From the NCBI GenBank assembly GCA_965199715.1, contig OZ241322.1, positions 320,001-384,000 of the forward strand: DNA of 64,000 nt. The letters are read 5' to 3'. The DNA comes from Vicinamibacteria bacterium (GTDB taxonomy: Bacteria > Acidobacteriota > Vicinamibacteria > Marinacidobacterales > Marinacidobacteraceae). The notes beneath the pieces are model-generated. The model worked only from the letters and a program-made list of their open reading frames with translations, had not been told where the DNA came from and did not search any database. Positions 8,929-19,211 of this stretch are shown here, in pieces (the stretch's first letter is position 1; every line of letters begins with the position of its first letter). Position numbers and translations under genes: made by a program.

Positions 8929-10470
8929 ATGAGTCCTGAGATCCTCGTCCTCGATTTCGGCTCCCAGTACACCCAGCTCATCGCCCGGCGATTCCGGGAG
9001 CTCGGCGTGTACGCGGAGATCCTTCCGTGCACCGTGGGGACCGACGAGATCCTCGACCGGAAGCCGAAGGGGATCGTGCTCTCGGGAGGGCCCGAGAGCG
9101 TGTTCGCGCCCGGCGCCCCCGCGATGCCGCCGGGACTGCTCCCGGCGCCGGTCCCGGTGCTCGGCGTCTGCTACGGCATGCAGCTTCTGGCGAGCGGCGC
9201 CGGAGGCGACGTGCGTCCGGCCGGCCGGCGGTCCTACGGGCCGGCGCATTTCGTCCGCGACCCGGCGCGGGGCGGGCGGCTTTTGGAAGGGGTGCCCGAG
9301 GAAATCCGCGCCTGGGCGAGCCATGGGGACAACGTGGAGTCGCTTCCGCCCGGCTTCGAAGCGCTGGGACGAACGGACGGCGCCCCGATCGCGGCGTTCG
9401 CGCACGAGGGCCGCGGCCTCTACGCGCTCCAATTCCATCCCGAGGTCGCCCACACCGAGCACGGCGCGCGCATCCTGCGGAACTTCGCCGAAGCGATCTG
9501 CGGAGCCGCCGCCGACTGGAGCCCGGCGGCCTTCGGGGAGCGTGCCGTCGCCCGGATCCGCGAGCAGGCCGGCGGCGGCCAGGTGGTCTGCGGCGCGTCG
9601 GGCGGCGTGGACAGCACCGTGACCGCCGTCCTCGCCCACCGCGCCATCGGAGAGCGGCTCCACTGCGTGTTCGTGGACAACGGCCTCCTGCGGAAGGACG
9701 AGGTGGAGACGGTCCGCCGGTCGTTCGAGGACGGCCTCGGGATCCCGCTGCGGGTCGTGGACGCCCGCGACCGCTTCCTCTCGCGCCTAAAAGGCGTGAC
9801 CGACCCGGAGCGCAAGCGCAAGATCATCGGCGAGGAGTTCATCCGGGTCTTCGAGGACGCGACCGCGGACATTCCCGACCTGCGCCATCTCGCCCAAGGG
9901 ACGCTCTATCCCGACGTGATCGAGAGCGTCTCGGTGCGCGGACCGTCGGCGGTCATCAAGAGCCACCACAACGTGGGCGGGCTGCCCGAGACGATGCGCC
10001 TCGGCCTCATCGAGCCGCTGCGGGAACTCTTCAAGGACGAGGTGCGCGAGCTGGGTCGTGACCTCGGCGTTCCCGCCGCGCTCCTCGACCGCCACCCGTT
10101 CCCGGGGCCCGGACTCGCGGTCCGGATGCTCGGCGAGGTGGAGCCCGGGGGACTCGAGGTGCTGCGCGCGGCGGACGCGGTGGTCCGCGAGGAAATCCGC
10201 GCCGACGGGCTGCGCGACCGGATCTGGCAGGCGTTCGCGGTCCTCCTCCCGCTTCGGGCCGTGGGGGTGATGGGCGACGACCGGACCTACGAGCGGGTGG
10301 TGGCGGTGCGCGCCGTAGAGAGCCGCGACGGGATGACCGCGGATTGGGCCCCGATTCCGGTGGAGACGCTCCGGCGCATCTCCAGCCGGATCACCGGCGA
10401 GGTGCGGGGCGTGAACCGGGTCGTGTACGACGTGACCTCGAAGCCGCCGGGAACGATCGAGTGGGAATGA
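8929..10470 (+). CDS. guaA: GMP synthase (glutamine-hydrolysing)
   Basis: LDFGSQYTQLI, GVCYGMQ, QFHPEV, SGGVDS, IKSHHNVGGLP, KPPGTIEWE. Confidence 0.99.
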   Translation: MSPEILVLDFGSQYTQLIARRFRELGVYAEILPCTVGTDEILDRKPKGIVLSGGPESVFAPGAPAMPPGLLPAPVPVLGVCYGMQLLASGAGGDVRPAGRRSYGPAHFVRDPARGGRLLEGVPEEIRAWASHGDNVESLPPGFEALGRTDGAPIAAFAHEGRGLYALQFHPEVAHTEHGARILRNFAEAICGAAADWSPAAFGERAVARIREQAGGGQVVCGASGGVDSTVTAVLAHRAIGERLHCVFVDNGLLRKDEVETVRRSFEDGLGIPLRVVDARDRFLSRLKGVTDPERKRKIIGEEFIRVFEDATADIPDLRHLAQGTLYPDVIESVSVRGPSAVIKSHHNVGGLPETMRLGLIEPLRELFKDEVRELGRDLGVPAALLDRHPFPGPGLAVRMLGEVEPGGLEVLRAADAVVREEIRADGLRDRIWQAFAVLLPLRAVGVMGDDRTYERVVAVRAVESRDGMTADWAPIPVETLRRISSRITGEVRGVNRVVYDVTSKPPGTIEWE

Positions 10471-10480
10471 GGCGCTGAGC

Positions 10481-13400
10481 GTGGCCGACCCCTTCGTCCA
10501 CCTCCACACCCACACCGAGTACTCGATCCTCGACGGCATGAGCCGGATCGGGGAGATCGCCCGGATCGCGGCCGACGACGGGATGCCGGCGATCGCGATC
10601 ACCGACCACGGCAACCTCTTCGCCGCCCTCAAGTTCCACAAGGCCGCCCGCGCCGCCGGCGTGCGCCCGATCCTCGGCTGCGAGGCCTACGTGGCGCCGG
10701 GCCGCATGGAGGACCGGAACCCGGACTCGGAGAACGAGCACCTCGTGCTGCTGGCGAAGAACCGGACCGGCTTCGAGAACCTCATGCGGCTCACCTCGGT
10801 CGCCTTCCACGAGGGCTTCTACTACAAGCCCCGCATGGACTTCGCGCTGCTGGAGAAGCACCATGAGGGACTCATCGCGCTGTCCGCGTGCCCAAAGGGG
10901 GCCGTCCCGAAAAGCGTGCTCGGACTCGGCGATCCGGTGGAGGTCGCCGGGCGCTATCAGGAGGTCTTCGGGAAGGGCAACTACTTCCTCGAGGTGATGG
11001 ACCACGGCTCCGACAGCTGCGAGCCCGAGCTCGGACGGATCGAGCGGGCGATCTCCGACGGGGTGCTGGAGGTCCACAGCAAGACCGGGATTCCGCTGGT
11101 GGGCACGAACGACTCCCACTACGCCGAGCCGGGCGACGTCGAGGCGCACGACCTGCGCATGTGCATCAGCACCGGCGAGACCATCTCCAGTCGAAAACGG
11201 CTCCGCTTCGGCTCCGACCAGTTCTGGTTCAAGACGTCGGCCATGATGCGCGAGGTCTTCCGGGACGTCCCCGAGGCCGCGGCGAACACGCTCCGGATCG
11301 CCGAGAGCGTCGAGGACTACGACGTCGCGACCGGGGAGAGCCGCCTTCCCGACTACGCGGCGCCGGGCGGCAAGAGCCTCCACGAACACATCGAGGACTC
11401 GGTCCGAAGCGGCCTCGACGCGCGGCTCGCGTCGCCGGAGCGCCACGGCAAGCGCCCGCCGCGCGGCGACTACGAGGACCGGCTGGTCCTCGAGCTGGGG
11501 GTCATCCGCAAGACCGGGTACGCCGCCTATTTCCTTATCGTCCAGGACTTCGTCAAGTTCGCGCGGACGAAGCGCATTCCGGTGGGGCCGGGCCGTGGAT
11601 CGGCGGCGGGGAGCCTCGTGGCCTACTGCCTCGGGATCACCGACATCGACCCGCTGGCGCACGGGCTGCTCTTCGAGCGCTTCCTGAATCCGGCGCGGAT
11701 CAGCCCTCCCGACATCGACGTGGACTTCTGCGAGCTGCGCCGCGAGGAGGTCCTCGACTACGTCGTCGAGCGCTACGGCAAGGATCGGGTGGCCCAGATC
11801 CTCACGTTCGGCACGCTCGGAGCGAAGTCGTCGCTGCGGGACGTGGCGCGGGGACTGGAGGTGCCGCTCGCGCAGGTGGACCGGCTCGCCAGGATGGTTC
11901 CCGACTTCGTCGATCTGGACACGGCGGTGCGCGAGGTGCCGGCGCTCGCCCAGGAGGCGACCAAGCCGGAATTCCGGAAGTTGTTCCGGCTCGCGCGCCG
12001 GCTCGAGGGGTTGCCCCGCAACGAGGGGACCCACGCCGCCGCGGTCGTCATCGCGCCCGCGCCGCTCGAGGAGATCGTGCCGCTCGGCAAGGACGCCGAG
12101 CGCGGGAAGCGCGTCAGCGACACGGTGCGCCGCAAGACGCAGTTCGACATGCACGACTGCGAGGCCGTGGGGCTGTTCAAGATGGACTTCCTCGGCCTCC
12201 GGGCGCTGACCCACATCCAGGACTGCGCCGACCGCATCCTCGCCGACCCGGATCTGGACCTCTCGCCCGAGATTCGGCGGGCGGTGGAGGACGTCGTCGC
12301 CGGCCGATTCGAGAAGGTCCCCCCCGACGAGGCCACCTTCGAGCTGTTCGGGCGGGCCGACACCGACGGGATCTTCCAGTTCGAGAGCTCGGGGATGCGC
12401 GAGCTGCTTCAGAGCTACCGGCCGGAGAATCTCGACGACCTCGCCGCGATGAACGCGCTGTTCCGGCCCGGCCCGCTGAACTCGGGGAACACCGAAGCCT
12501 TCGTGACCGCCAAGCGCAGCGGGAAGCTCTCCACCGCGCTCGACGCCCGCGTCCGGGAGCTCTTTCCGGAGACCCGCGGCCTGATCGTGTACCAGGAGCA
12601 GGTGATGCTGGCGGCCCGCGAGATCGCCGGCTACGAGCTGGGCGAGGCCGACATCCTGCGCAAGGCGATGGGGAAGAAGAAGCCCGAGGTGATGGAGCAG
12701 CAGAAGCAGCGCTTCGTCGCCGGCGCGGTCGAGCGGGGGCTCTCGGAGCAGGCGGCGGTCCAGACCTTCGATCAGATCGACAAGTTCGCCGGGTACGGGT
12801 TCAACCGCGCCCACGCGGTCGGCTACGCGCTCGTGGCCTACGTCGCCGCATGGCTGCGCACTCACTTCGCGCCCCACTTCTTCGCCGCGCTGTTCACTTC
12901 CGAGGCGCGGTCGTCGGACAAGGACGTCCGGCTCGCCCGGTTCCGGCGGCGGGCCGAGGAGATCGGCGTGGCGGTGCTGCCGCCCGACGTCCAGGCGAGC
13001 GACGCCGGCGCGCGGGTGGAGGGCGAGGCGGTGCGCTACGGGCTCGGGGCGCTCAAGAACGTGGGGCAGGCGGCGGCCGAGGCGATCGTCCGGGCGCGCG
13101 GGAACCAGCCGTTCGACTCGCTCAGCGACCTCGTCTCCCGCACCGAGGCGGGCGCGCTCAGCCGGGGCGCGCTGGAGGCGCTCGCGAGCGCCGGCGCGCT
13201 CGACTTCGTTGGCGTGCCGCGGGCGCGGATCGCGGCCGGCGCCGGCGAGATCCACGACCGCGCCCGGCGCCGTCGGGATCAGGAAAGGGCCGGCGTCCAG
13301 GCGCTGCTCGGAGCCGTCCGGCAGGCCGACCTCTGGCCCGACTGCCCCGACTGGACCGAAATGGAGCGCCTCCGGCACGAGCACGCCGCGTTCGGGTTCT

Positions 13401-14086
13401 ACTGGGAGGGCCATCCGGCCCCCGAGTACCGGCGCGCGCTCCGCCGCCACGTGGACGGGCCGATCGGCGCCCTCGATCCGCGCTCCGGACCGGCGGCGCG
13501 GTTCGCGGGGGTCGTGCGGGGGCTCAAGTCGCGCAAGACCCAGCAGGCGCGGCGCATGGCCAACTTCAACCTCGAGGACGAGACCGGCGTCCTTCCGGTG
13601 GTGGTCTTCCCGGACGCCTGGGAGAACTGCCCCGAACTGGCGGAGGGCGCGGCGGCGTTCGTCGAGGGCCAGCTCGGCGTGAACCGCCGCGACCCCGAGC
13701 AGCCCGAACTGCGGGCCGATTCGATCCGTATCGCCGAGGAGGCGCCGCTCGCGCTCGCGAGGAAGGTCACCCTCGTGGTGCGCGATCCCAGGGCGCTGCG
13801 GGCCGGCCTCGAGGGGCTCCTGCGCGAGCACGGCGGGCGGACCGCGCTGGCGCTCGAGATCCACGACGGGGAGCGGACCTTCCTGCTGCGCACTACGAGC
13901 CCGGTCCGCCCGACCCGCGCCTTCGCGACCGCGGCCGCCTCGCTTCTCGGCGCGGACGCGGTCCGGATTGACGGCGAGCCGCTGCCGCGCCTGTGCCTGC
14001 TCGTTTCGGACGGCGAGGCGTCCCAGGCGGCGCGCTCGGCCTCCGCCCCCGCCCAGCCGGAACTGCTCGCCGGACCCCCTTCCTGA
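10481..14086 (+). CDS. dnaE: DNA polymerase III alpha subunit (replicative DnaE1)
   Basis: PHP HLHTHTEYSILDG, GRGSAAGSLVAY, PDIDVD, KMDFLGL, YGFNRAH; no intein seen. Confidence 0.98.
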   Translation: MADPFVHLHTHTEYSILDGMSRIGEIARIAADDGMPAIAITDHGNLFAALKFHKAARAAGVRPILGCEAYVAPGRMEDRNPDSENEHLVLLAKNRTGFENLMRLTSVAFHEGFYYKPRMDFALLEKHHEGLIALSACPKGAVPKSVLGLGDPVEVAGRYQEVFGKGNYFLEVMDHGSDSCEPELGRIERAISDGVLEVHSKTGIPLVGTNDSHYAEPGDVEAHDLRMCISTGETISSRKRLRFGSDQFWFKTSAMMREVFRDVPEAAANTLRIAESVEDYDVATGESRLPDYAAPGGKSLHEHIEDSVRSGLDARLASPERHGKRPPRGDYEDRLVLELGVIRKTGYAAYFLIVQDFVKFARTKRIPVGPGRGSAAGSLVAYCLGITDIDPLAHGLLFERFLNPARISPPDIDVDFCELRREEVLDYVVERYGKDRVAQILTFGTLGAKSSLRDVARGLEVPLAQVDRLARMVPDFVDLDTAVREVPALAQEATKPEFRKLFRLARRLEGLPRNEGTHAAAVVIAPAPLEEIVPLGKDAERGKRVSDTVRRKTQFDMHDCEAVGLFKMDFLGLRALTHIQDCADRILADPDLDLSPEIRRAVEDVVAGRFEKVPPDEATFELFGRADTDGIFQFESSGMRELLQSYRPENLDDLAAMNALFRPGPLNSGNTEAFVTAKRSGKLSTALDARVRELFPETRGLIVYQEQVMLAAREIAGYELGEADILRKAMGKKKPEVMEQQKQRFVAGAVERGLSEQAAVQTFDQIDKFAGYGFNRAHAVGYALVAYVAAWLRTHFAPHFFAALFTSEARSSDKDVRLARFRRRAEEIGVAVLPPDVQASDAGARVEGEAVRYGLGALKNVGQAAAEAIVRARGNQPFDSLSDLVSRTEAGALSRGALEALASAGALDFVGVPRARIAAGAGEIHDRARRRRDQERAGVQALLGAVRQADLWPDCPDWTEMERLRHEHAAFGFYWEGHPAPEYRRALRRHVDGPIGALDPRSGPAARFAGVVRGLKSRKTQQARRMANFNLEDETGVLPVVVFPDAWENCPELAEGAAAFVEGQLGVNRRDPEQPELRADSIRIAEEAPLALARKVTLVVRDPRALRAGLEGLLREHGGRTALALEIHDGERTFLLRTTSPVRPTRAFATAAASLLGADAVRIDGEPLPRLCLLVSDGEASQAARSASAPAQPELLAGPPS

Positions 14087-14089
14087 GCG

Positions 14090-14105
14090 AGGCACGCCAT
14101 TTGCT
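14090..14105 (+). promoter_or_regulatory. Sigma54-type -24/-12 element (AGGCACG-CCAT-TTGCT)
   Basis: Matches TGGCACG-N4-TTGCW except at the first base; GG-N10-GC spacing is exact; lies in the dnaE-accA intergenic region. Confidence 0.6.
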
Positions 14106-14140
14106 TGGCGGCGGGCCGAGCCTCGCTAGACTCCGTAAAC

Positions 14141-15124
14141 GTGCAGACCGCCTTCCTCGATTTCGAGACCGAGATCCAGCGCCTCGTCCAGCGCATCGAC
14201 GCGCTCACCGGTCTCCCCGAGCGCCGCGCCGCCGAGATCGCCGCGCTCCAGAAGGCACTGCTGCGCAGCCGCCGGCGGATCTACGCCGACCTGACCCCGT
14301 GGCAGCGGGTGCAGGTGGCCCGGCACCCGGAGCGCCCCTACGTTCTCGACTACGTCCGGCGCATCTTCACCGGGTTCACCGAGATGCACGGCGACCGCCG
14401 CTTCGCCGACGACCCCGCCGTCGTGGGCGGCGCGGCGTGGCTGCATGGCCGGCCGGTCATGGTCATCGGACAGCAGAAGGGGCGGGACATTCCCGAGCGG
14501 CTGCATCGCAACTACGGCATGGCGCGGCCCGAGGGGTACCGCAAGGCGCTGCGGCTGATGCAGCTCGCCGAGAAGTTCGACCGGCCGGTCGTGACGCTCG
14601 TGGACACGCCGGGCGCGTATCCCGGGATCGAGGCCGAGGAGCGCGGCCAAGCCGAGGCGATCGCGGTCAACCTGCGCGAGATGGCGCGGCTCAGCGTCCC
14701 GATCGTCGTGGCGATCATCGGGGAAGGGGGGAGCGGCGGGGCGCTCGGGATCGCGGTCGGGGACCGTATCCTGATGCTGGAGAACGCGATCTACTCGGTC
14801 ATCTCGCCCGAGGGATGCGCCGCGATCCTGTGGAAGAACCCCGAGAGCGCCCAGGCGGCGGTGGTCGAAGCCGCCGAACGAATGCGGATCACCGCCCCCG
14901 AGCACCTGCACAACGGCCTCGTCGATGAGATCGTGCCCGAGCCTCCCGGAGGAGCCCACGCCGACCACGACCGCGCCGCCGAGATCCTCGGCGAGCGGCT
15001 CCTCGAGGCGCTGCGCGGGGTCGAGTCGCTGTCGCCGGCGGAGCGGCGCCGCGCCCGATACCGCAAGTTCCGGGAGATGGGGAGTTTCGGATTCGGGCCC
15101 GCCGTTCCGGAGGACCCTGCGTGA
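14141..15124 (+). CDS. accA: Acetyl-CoA carboxylase carboxyltransferase alpha
   Basis: LDFE, ARHPERPY, PEGYRKALRLM, DTPGAYPG, GEGGSGGAL. GTG start at 14141 follows a TAGACT -10. Confidence 0.98.
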   Translation: MQTAFLDFETEIQRLVQRIDALTGLPERRAAEIAALQKALLRSRRRIYADLTPWQRVQVARHPERPYVLDYVRRIFTGFTEMHGDRRFADDPAVVGGAAWLHGRPVMVIGQQKGRDIPERLHRNYGMARPEGYRKALRLMQLAEKFDRPVVTLVDTPGAYPGIEAEERGQAEAIAVNLREMARLSVPIVVAIIGEGGSGGALGIAVGDRILMLENAIYSVISPEGCAAILWKNPESAQAAVVEAAERMRITAPEHLHNGLVDEIVPEPPGGAHADHDRAAEILGERLLEALRGVESLSPAERRRARYRKFREMGSFGFGPAVPEDPA

Positions 15125-17025
15125 CCGGGCTGCGGGCCGGCCGGTTCTTCCGGCGGCTCACGAGGCTCGCGACCTTCGCCGCGCTTGGCGGACTCGGCCT
15201 CCTCGTGGTGGGGGAGATCCGCCGGGGCCTCGTGCCCCACGAGGTCGGCAGCCTCGGCGAGTGGCGCGGATCCAACGAGGACATGGTCTCGAGCGGCGTC
15301 CGCCTCGTTCAGGTCGATGAGCGCGGGCGTCCCGTCGCCGAGATCGAGGCGGAGGAGGCGGTCGCCCAGTCGGGACCCGACCAGCGCTTTCTCGGGGTCT
15401 CGGTCCGCTTCGTGCGGACCCACGGCGAGGACGACACCCTCGTCGAGGCCGACGAGCTGATCCTCGACACGCGCCGCGAGACGTTCCACTTCGCCGGACA
15501 CGCCGTGCTCACGACGACCGACCTCGAGCTTTCGGGACCCCACCTCCACTTCCGGAGGAACCCGGACCACCTGTGGACCCCGGAGCCCACGCAGTTCCGC
15601 GCCGGCGAATTCCACGGGGTGGCCGGGAATCTCGCCTTCCAGTTGAGGTCGGGAACGGTGAGCATGCAGGGCGTCGCGCTCGCCTCGCACGACGACGCCC
15701 CGATCGCGATGGTCGCCGACCGGGCCCGGTTCGAGCGCGAGACCGGGGAGATCCTCCTGAGGGGGGACGTCCTCGTGACGACGGACGGGTTCCGGCTGGA
15801 GTCGGCGCAGACCGTCGCGATCCGCCGCAATCCGCTGCTGCGGCGGGTGACCGGCCTTTCCGCCGGGTTCCGCACCCGCATGGAGATCGCCGACGAGGAC
15901 GGCGCGCCGATCCTGACCTTGCAGGCGGACGACCTCGACATGGACCTCGGCCGGGGCCGCCTTCCCCGGGCGATCCGGGCCGTGGACGGCGCCCGCTTCG
16001 AGGACGCCCGGGAGAGCCGGGCGCGAGGGGAGACCGCCGAGCTTCGCTTCGACGACGACGGGAATCCGGTGGCGCTCTCGCTGCAGACGGGCGTCCGCAC
16101 CCGGACGACTCCGTCGGGGTCCGACTACTGGATCGAAGCCGAGGCGCAACGGGCCGAGCTCGGATTCGCGCCGGACGGGGCCCTGAGCGCGGCCGAGTAC
16201 GAGGGCGAGGTGGTCGTCCACCACGGCCAGGCCTCGGCGCGGGCCGGCGAGGCGAGCTTCGACGGGGCGAGCTCGCTCGTTTTCCGGCAGGAGCCCCGCA
16301 TCGAGGATCGGTCGCTGCTGGAGCTGGCCGGCGAGGTCCTGCGGATCGAGATCGGCTCTCCCGGCCGGATCGCCGGCGAGGGAGGCGTCGTCGGTCGCTT
16401 CCTCGGGCGGAAGGCCGGCTGGCTGCCGGGCGCTCCCCGGGACGCCTCCATCCTCGGCGACCGCGCCGAGATCGAGACCGGCTCTGGACGGGCGCGGTTC
16501 TCGGGGTCGGTCCGGATCCTGCTGGACCCGAGTCTCATCACGGGAGACGCGGTGACGCTCGACGCCGAAGCCGGAACCCTCGCCGTGGACGGAGGCGTCG
16601 AGAGCCGGATGCGCCTCGGCGACGAGGACCTCGCGTTTTTCGTGCGTTCGGAGAGCCTCCGCTACGCCGAGGAGCTGCGGTACTCGGGCGCCCCCGACCT
16701 CCGGCACCGCTCCGGAACCGACGAGAGCCGGCTCGAGGCCCGGACCATCGTGGCCGAGATCGACAAGGAAGGCCGTCTCGGCGGGCTCGTGGGGGAGGGG
16801 ACGGCGCGGTTCTCCCGCGGTGAGAGCCGGGTCGAGGGCGCCCGCATTCGCTTCGATCCCACCGCGGACGAGCTTCTCGCGACGGGCGCTCCGGCGGCGG
16901 TCGCGACCGGGGGCCGGCGCACCGAGGGCGGCGAGGTCGCCATCGCGCTCGACGTCGATCGCTGGAACGTCCTCCCGAGCCCGACGAGCCGCACCCGGAC
17001 CACGCTGCGCGTGAGGCCGCAATGA
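15121..17025 (+). CDS. LPS export LptC/LptA-like multi-beta-jellyroll protein
   Basis: Single N-terminal TM followed by long beta-strand-rich repeats; immediately upstream of lptB. Confidence 0.7.
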   Translation: MTGLRAGRFFRRLTRLATFAALGGLGLLVVGEIRRGLVPHEVGSLGEWRGSNEDMVSSGVRLVQVDERGRPVAEIEAEEAVAQSGPDQRFLGVSVRFVRTHGEDDTLVEADELILDTRRETFHFAGHAVLTTTDLELSGPHLHFRRNPDHLWTPEPTQFRAGEFHGVAGNLAFQLRSGTVSMQGVALASHDDAPIAMVADRARFERETGEILLRGDVLVTTDGFRLESAQTVAIRRNPLLRRVTGLSAGFRTRMEIADEDGAPILTLQADDLDMDLGRGRLPRAIRAVDGARFEDARESRARGETAELRFDDDGNPVALSLQTGVRTRTTPSGSDYWIEAEAQRAELGFAPDGALSAAEYEGEVVVHHGQASARAGEASFDGASSLVFRQEPRIEDRSLLELAGEVLRIEIGSPGRIAGEGGVVGRFLGRKAGWLPGAPRDASILGDRAEIETGSGRARFSGSVRILLDPSLITGDAVTLDAEAGTLAVDGGVESRMRLGDEDLAFFVRSESLRYAEELRYSGAPDLRHRSGTDESRLEARTIVAEIDKEGRLGGLVGEGTARFSRGESRVEGARIRFDPTADELLATGAPAAVATGGRRTEGGEVAIALDVDRWNVLPSPTSRTRTTLRVRPQ

Positions 17026-17747
17026 GCGAACGCGTGCTCGCCTGCGAGGATCTGGTCAAGAGTTACGGCCGCCGCCGGGTCGTGGACGGAATCTCGGTGC
17101 GCGTGCGCACCGGGGAGGTCGTCGGCCTGCTCGGCCCGAACGGCGCCGGCAAGACCACGACGTTCCGGGTGATCGTGGGCCTGATCCGCGCCGAAGGCGG
17201 CGCGGTGACCCTCGACGAGGAGGACCTGACCGGGCTTCCGCTGCACCGGCGCGCCCGGCGCGGCATCGGCTACCTGCCGCAGGAGCCCTCGGTGTTCCGG
17301 GGGCTGACAGTGGAGGAGAACCTGCTCGCCATCCTCGAGCTGCGGGGCGTGCGCCGCGCCGAGCGCGTCGAGCGCACCCGGGCGCTGCTGGACGAGTTCG
17401 GGCTAGCCGACCGGGCGCGGGCGTACGGCGAGTCGCTCTCGGGCGGGGAGCGGCGCCGCGCCGAGATCGCCCGCGCGCTGGCCACGCGCCCCGGGTTCCT
17501 CCTCCTCGACGAGCCGTTCGCCGCCTGCGACCCGATCGCGGTGGCCGAGCTCCAACGGGTGCTGGCGCGGCTCCGGGATCGGGGGATCGGCGTGCTCGTG
17601 ACCGACCACAGCGTGCGGGAGACGCTGCGGGTGACCGACCGGGCCTACATCATCGAGGACGGCCGGATCCTCTTCGAGGGCGCGCCGGACGAACTCGTGC
17701 AGAGTCCCGACGTCCGGCGCGCCTACTTGGGAGCGGACTGGCAATGA
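17022..17747 (+). CDS. lptB: LPS export ABC transporter ATP-binding protein
   Basis: GPNGAGKTT, YLPQEPSVF, LSGGERRR, LLLDEPFA, TDH, YLG; upstream of rpoN. Confidence 0.95.
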   Translation: MSERVLACEDLVKSYGRRRVVDGISVRVRTGEVVGLLGPNGAGKTTTFRVIVGLIRAEGGAVTLDEEDLTGLPLHRRARRGIGYLPQEPSVFRGLTVEENLLAILELRGVRRAERVERTRALLDEFGLADRARAYGESLSGGERRRAEIARALATRPGFLLLDEPFAACDPIAVAELQRVLARLRDRGIGVLVTDHSVRETLRVTDRAYIIEDGRILFEGAPDELVQSPDVRRAYLGADWQ

Positions 17748-19192
17748 GCGCCCGGCCCGGCGTGCGCCAGGGGCTCCAGGTCGGCGTCCGGCAGCAGCAG
17801 CGGCTGCGGCTGACCCCGCAGGTGCGCCAGACCATCGAGATGCTCTCGCTCCCGCTGGTCGAGCTGCGGATGCGCGTGGAGCAGGAACTGCGCGAGAACC
17901 CCGCGCTCGAGGAGCTCGGGCCCGGCGAGGACGCGAACGAGGAGCCAGAGCCGATCGCCGCGGCGGACGAGGAGGACGAGGCCGAGGCCCCGCTCGAGGA
18001 CCCGGTCACCGATCTCGACTCGGAGTCGTGGTTCGAGGAGTACCGCGACCGCGGCGGCGGCTCGGGGTCGTCCGAGGAGCCGCCGTCGTTCGAGCGCACG
18101 CTCCCGGCGACGCGCACGCTTGCGGCGCATCTCGGGGAGCAGCTCGGGACCGAGGTGGAGACCGAGCGCGAGCGCCAGGTCGGGCTCGAGATCATCGGGA
18201 ACCTCGACCAGCGCGGATACCTCGACGCCACGGTCGCCGAGATCGCGGGCGGCCTCGACGCGCCGACCGACGAGGTCGAAGCGATCCGCCAACGGATCCT
18301 CCGGTTCGATCCGCCCGGATGCGCCTGCCTCGACATCGAGGAGTGCCTCGTGACCCAGCTTGAGGTCCGCGAAGGGCCGGACGGGCCGCTGGCGCGGATC
18401 GTCCGGGAGCACCTCGACCTCATCATGGGCGCGCGCTTCCGCGATCTGGCGAAGGCGCTCGGCAAGGAGCTGGACGTGGTCATGCGGGGGATCCGGCAGA
18501 TCGGCGAGCTGGACTTCCAGCCCGGCGCCCGTTACGCCTCCGACGCGCCCTCGTACGTGATTCCCGACGCCCGCGCGTACCGCGTCGGCGCGGTCTGGCG
18601 CGTCGAGATGAACGAGGAAATTCCGCGGCTGCGGGCGAATCCGCTCTACCGGAACATCCTGAAGTCGCGGGACGCCCACTCGCCGAAGGAGCGCGCCTTC
18701 ATCAGCGACGCCTGGGCGCGCGCCAAGGGGTTCGAGCGCTCGGTGCGCCAGCGGCAGGAGACCGTCCGGCTCGTCGCCGAGGACATCGTGCGCAAGCAGG
18801 AGGAGTTCTTGAACGAGGGGATCGACCGCATCCGCCCGCTGGTCCTGAACGACGTGGCCCGCGACATCGGGCGCGCGGAGAGCACCGTGTCGCGGGTCGT
18901 GAACGAGAAGTACCTCGCGACCCCGCGCGGGGTCATTCCCTTCCGCCGGTTCTTCCACAGCGCGTTGGCGCTGCGGAACGGGCAGCAGGTGTCGTCCGAG
19001 GCGGTGAAGGCCCGGGTGCGGCGGGTGATCGAGCGCGAGGATCCCGAACGCCCGCTCGCCGACGAGCAGATCGTCCAGCTTCTGGGCCGGGACGGGGTGA
19101 TGATCGCCCGCCGGACGGTCGCGAAGTACCGCAAGGCGCTGCGCATCCCCGCCTCCACCGAGCGGCGGGTGCGCTATCGCAACCAGGCGTAG
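17744..19192 (+). CDS. rpoN: RNA polymerase sigma-54 factor
   Basis: Q-rich region I, ENPALEE, ESTVSR HTH, RpoN box ARRTVAKYR. Confidence 0.98.
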   Translation: MSARPGVRQGLQVGVRQQQRLRLTPQVRQTIEMLSLPLVELRMRVEQELRENPALEELGPGEDANEEPEPIAAADEEDEAEAPLEDPVTDLDSESWFEEYRDRGGGSGSSEEPPSFERTLPATRTLAAHLGEQLGTEVETERERQVGLEIIGNLDQRGYLDATVAEIAGGLDAPTDEVEAIRQRILRFDPPGCACLDIEECLVTQLEVREGPDGPLARIVREHLDLIMGARFRDLAKALGKELDVVMRGIRQIGELDFQPGARYASDAPSYVIPDARAYRVGAVWRVEMNEEIPRLRANPLYRNILKSRDAHSPKERAFISDAWARAKGFERSVRQRQETVRLVAEDIVRKQEEFLNEGIDRIRPLVLNDVARDIGRAESTVSRVVNEKYLATPRGVIPFRRFFHSALALRNGQQVSSEAVKARVRRVIEREDPERPLADEQIVQLLGRDGVMIARRTVAKYRKALRIPASTERRVRYRNQA

Positions 19193-19211
19193 CCCGGTAC
19201 TCTCCCGTTCC

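Noticed and set aside
10481-14086. Possible intein in dnaE
   Set aside because: Length is normal and I saw no C...HN splice motifs or homing-endonuclease insert.
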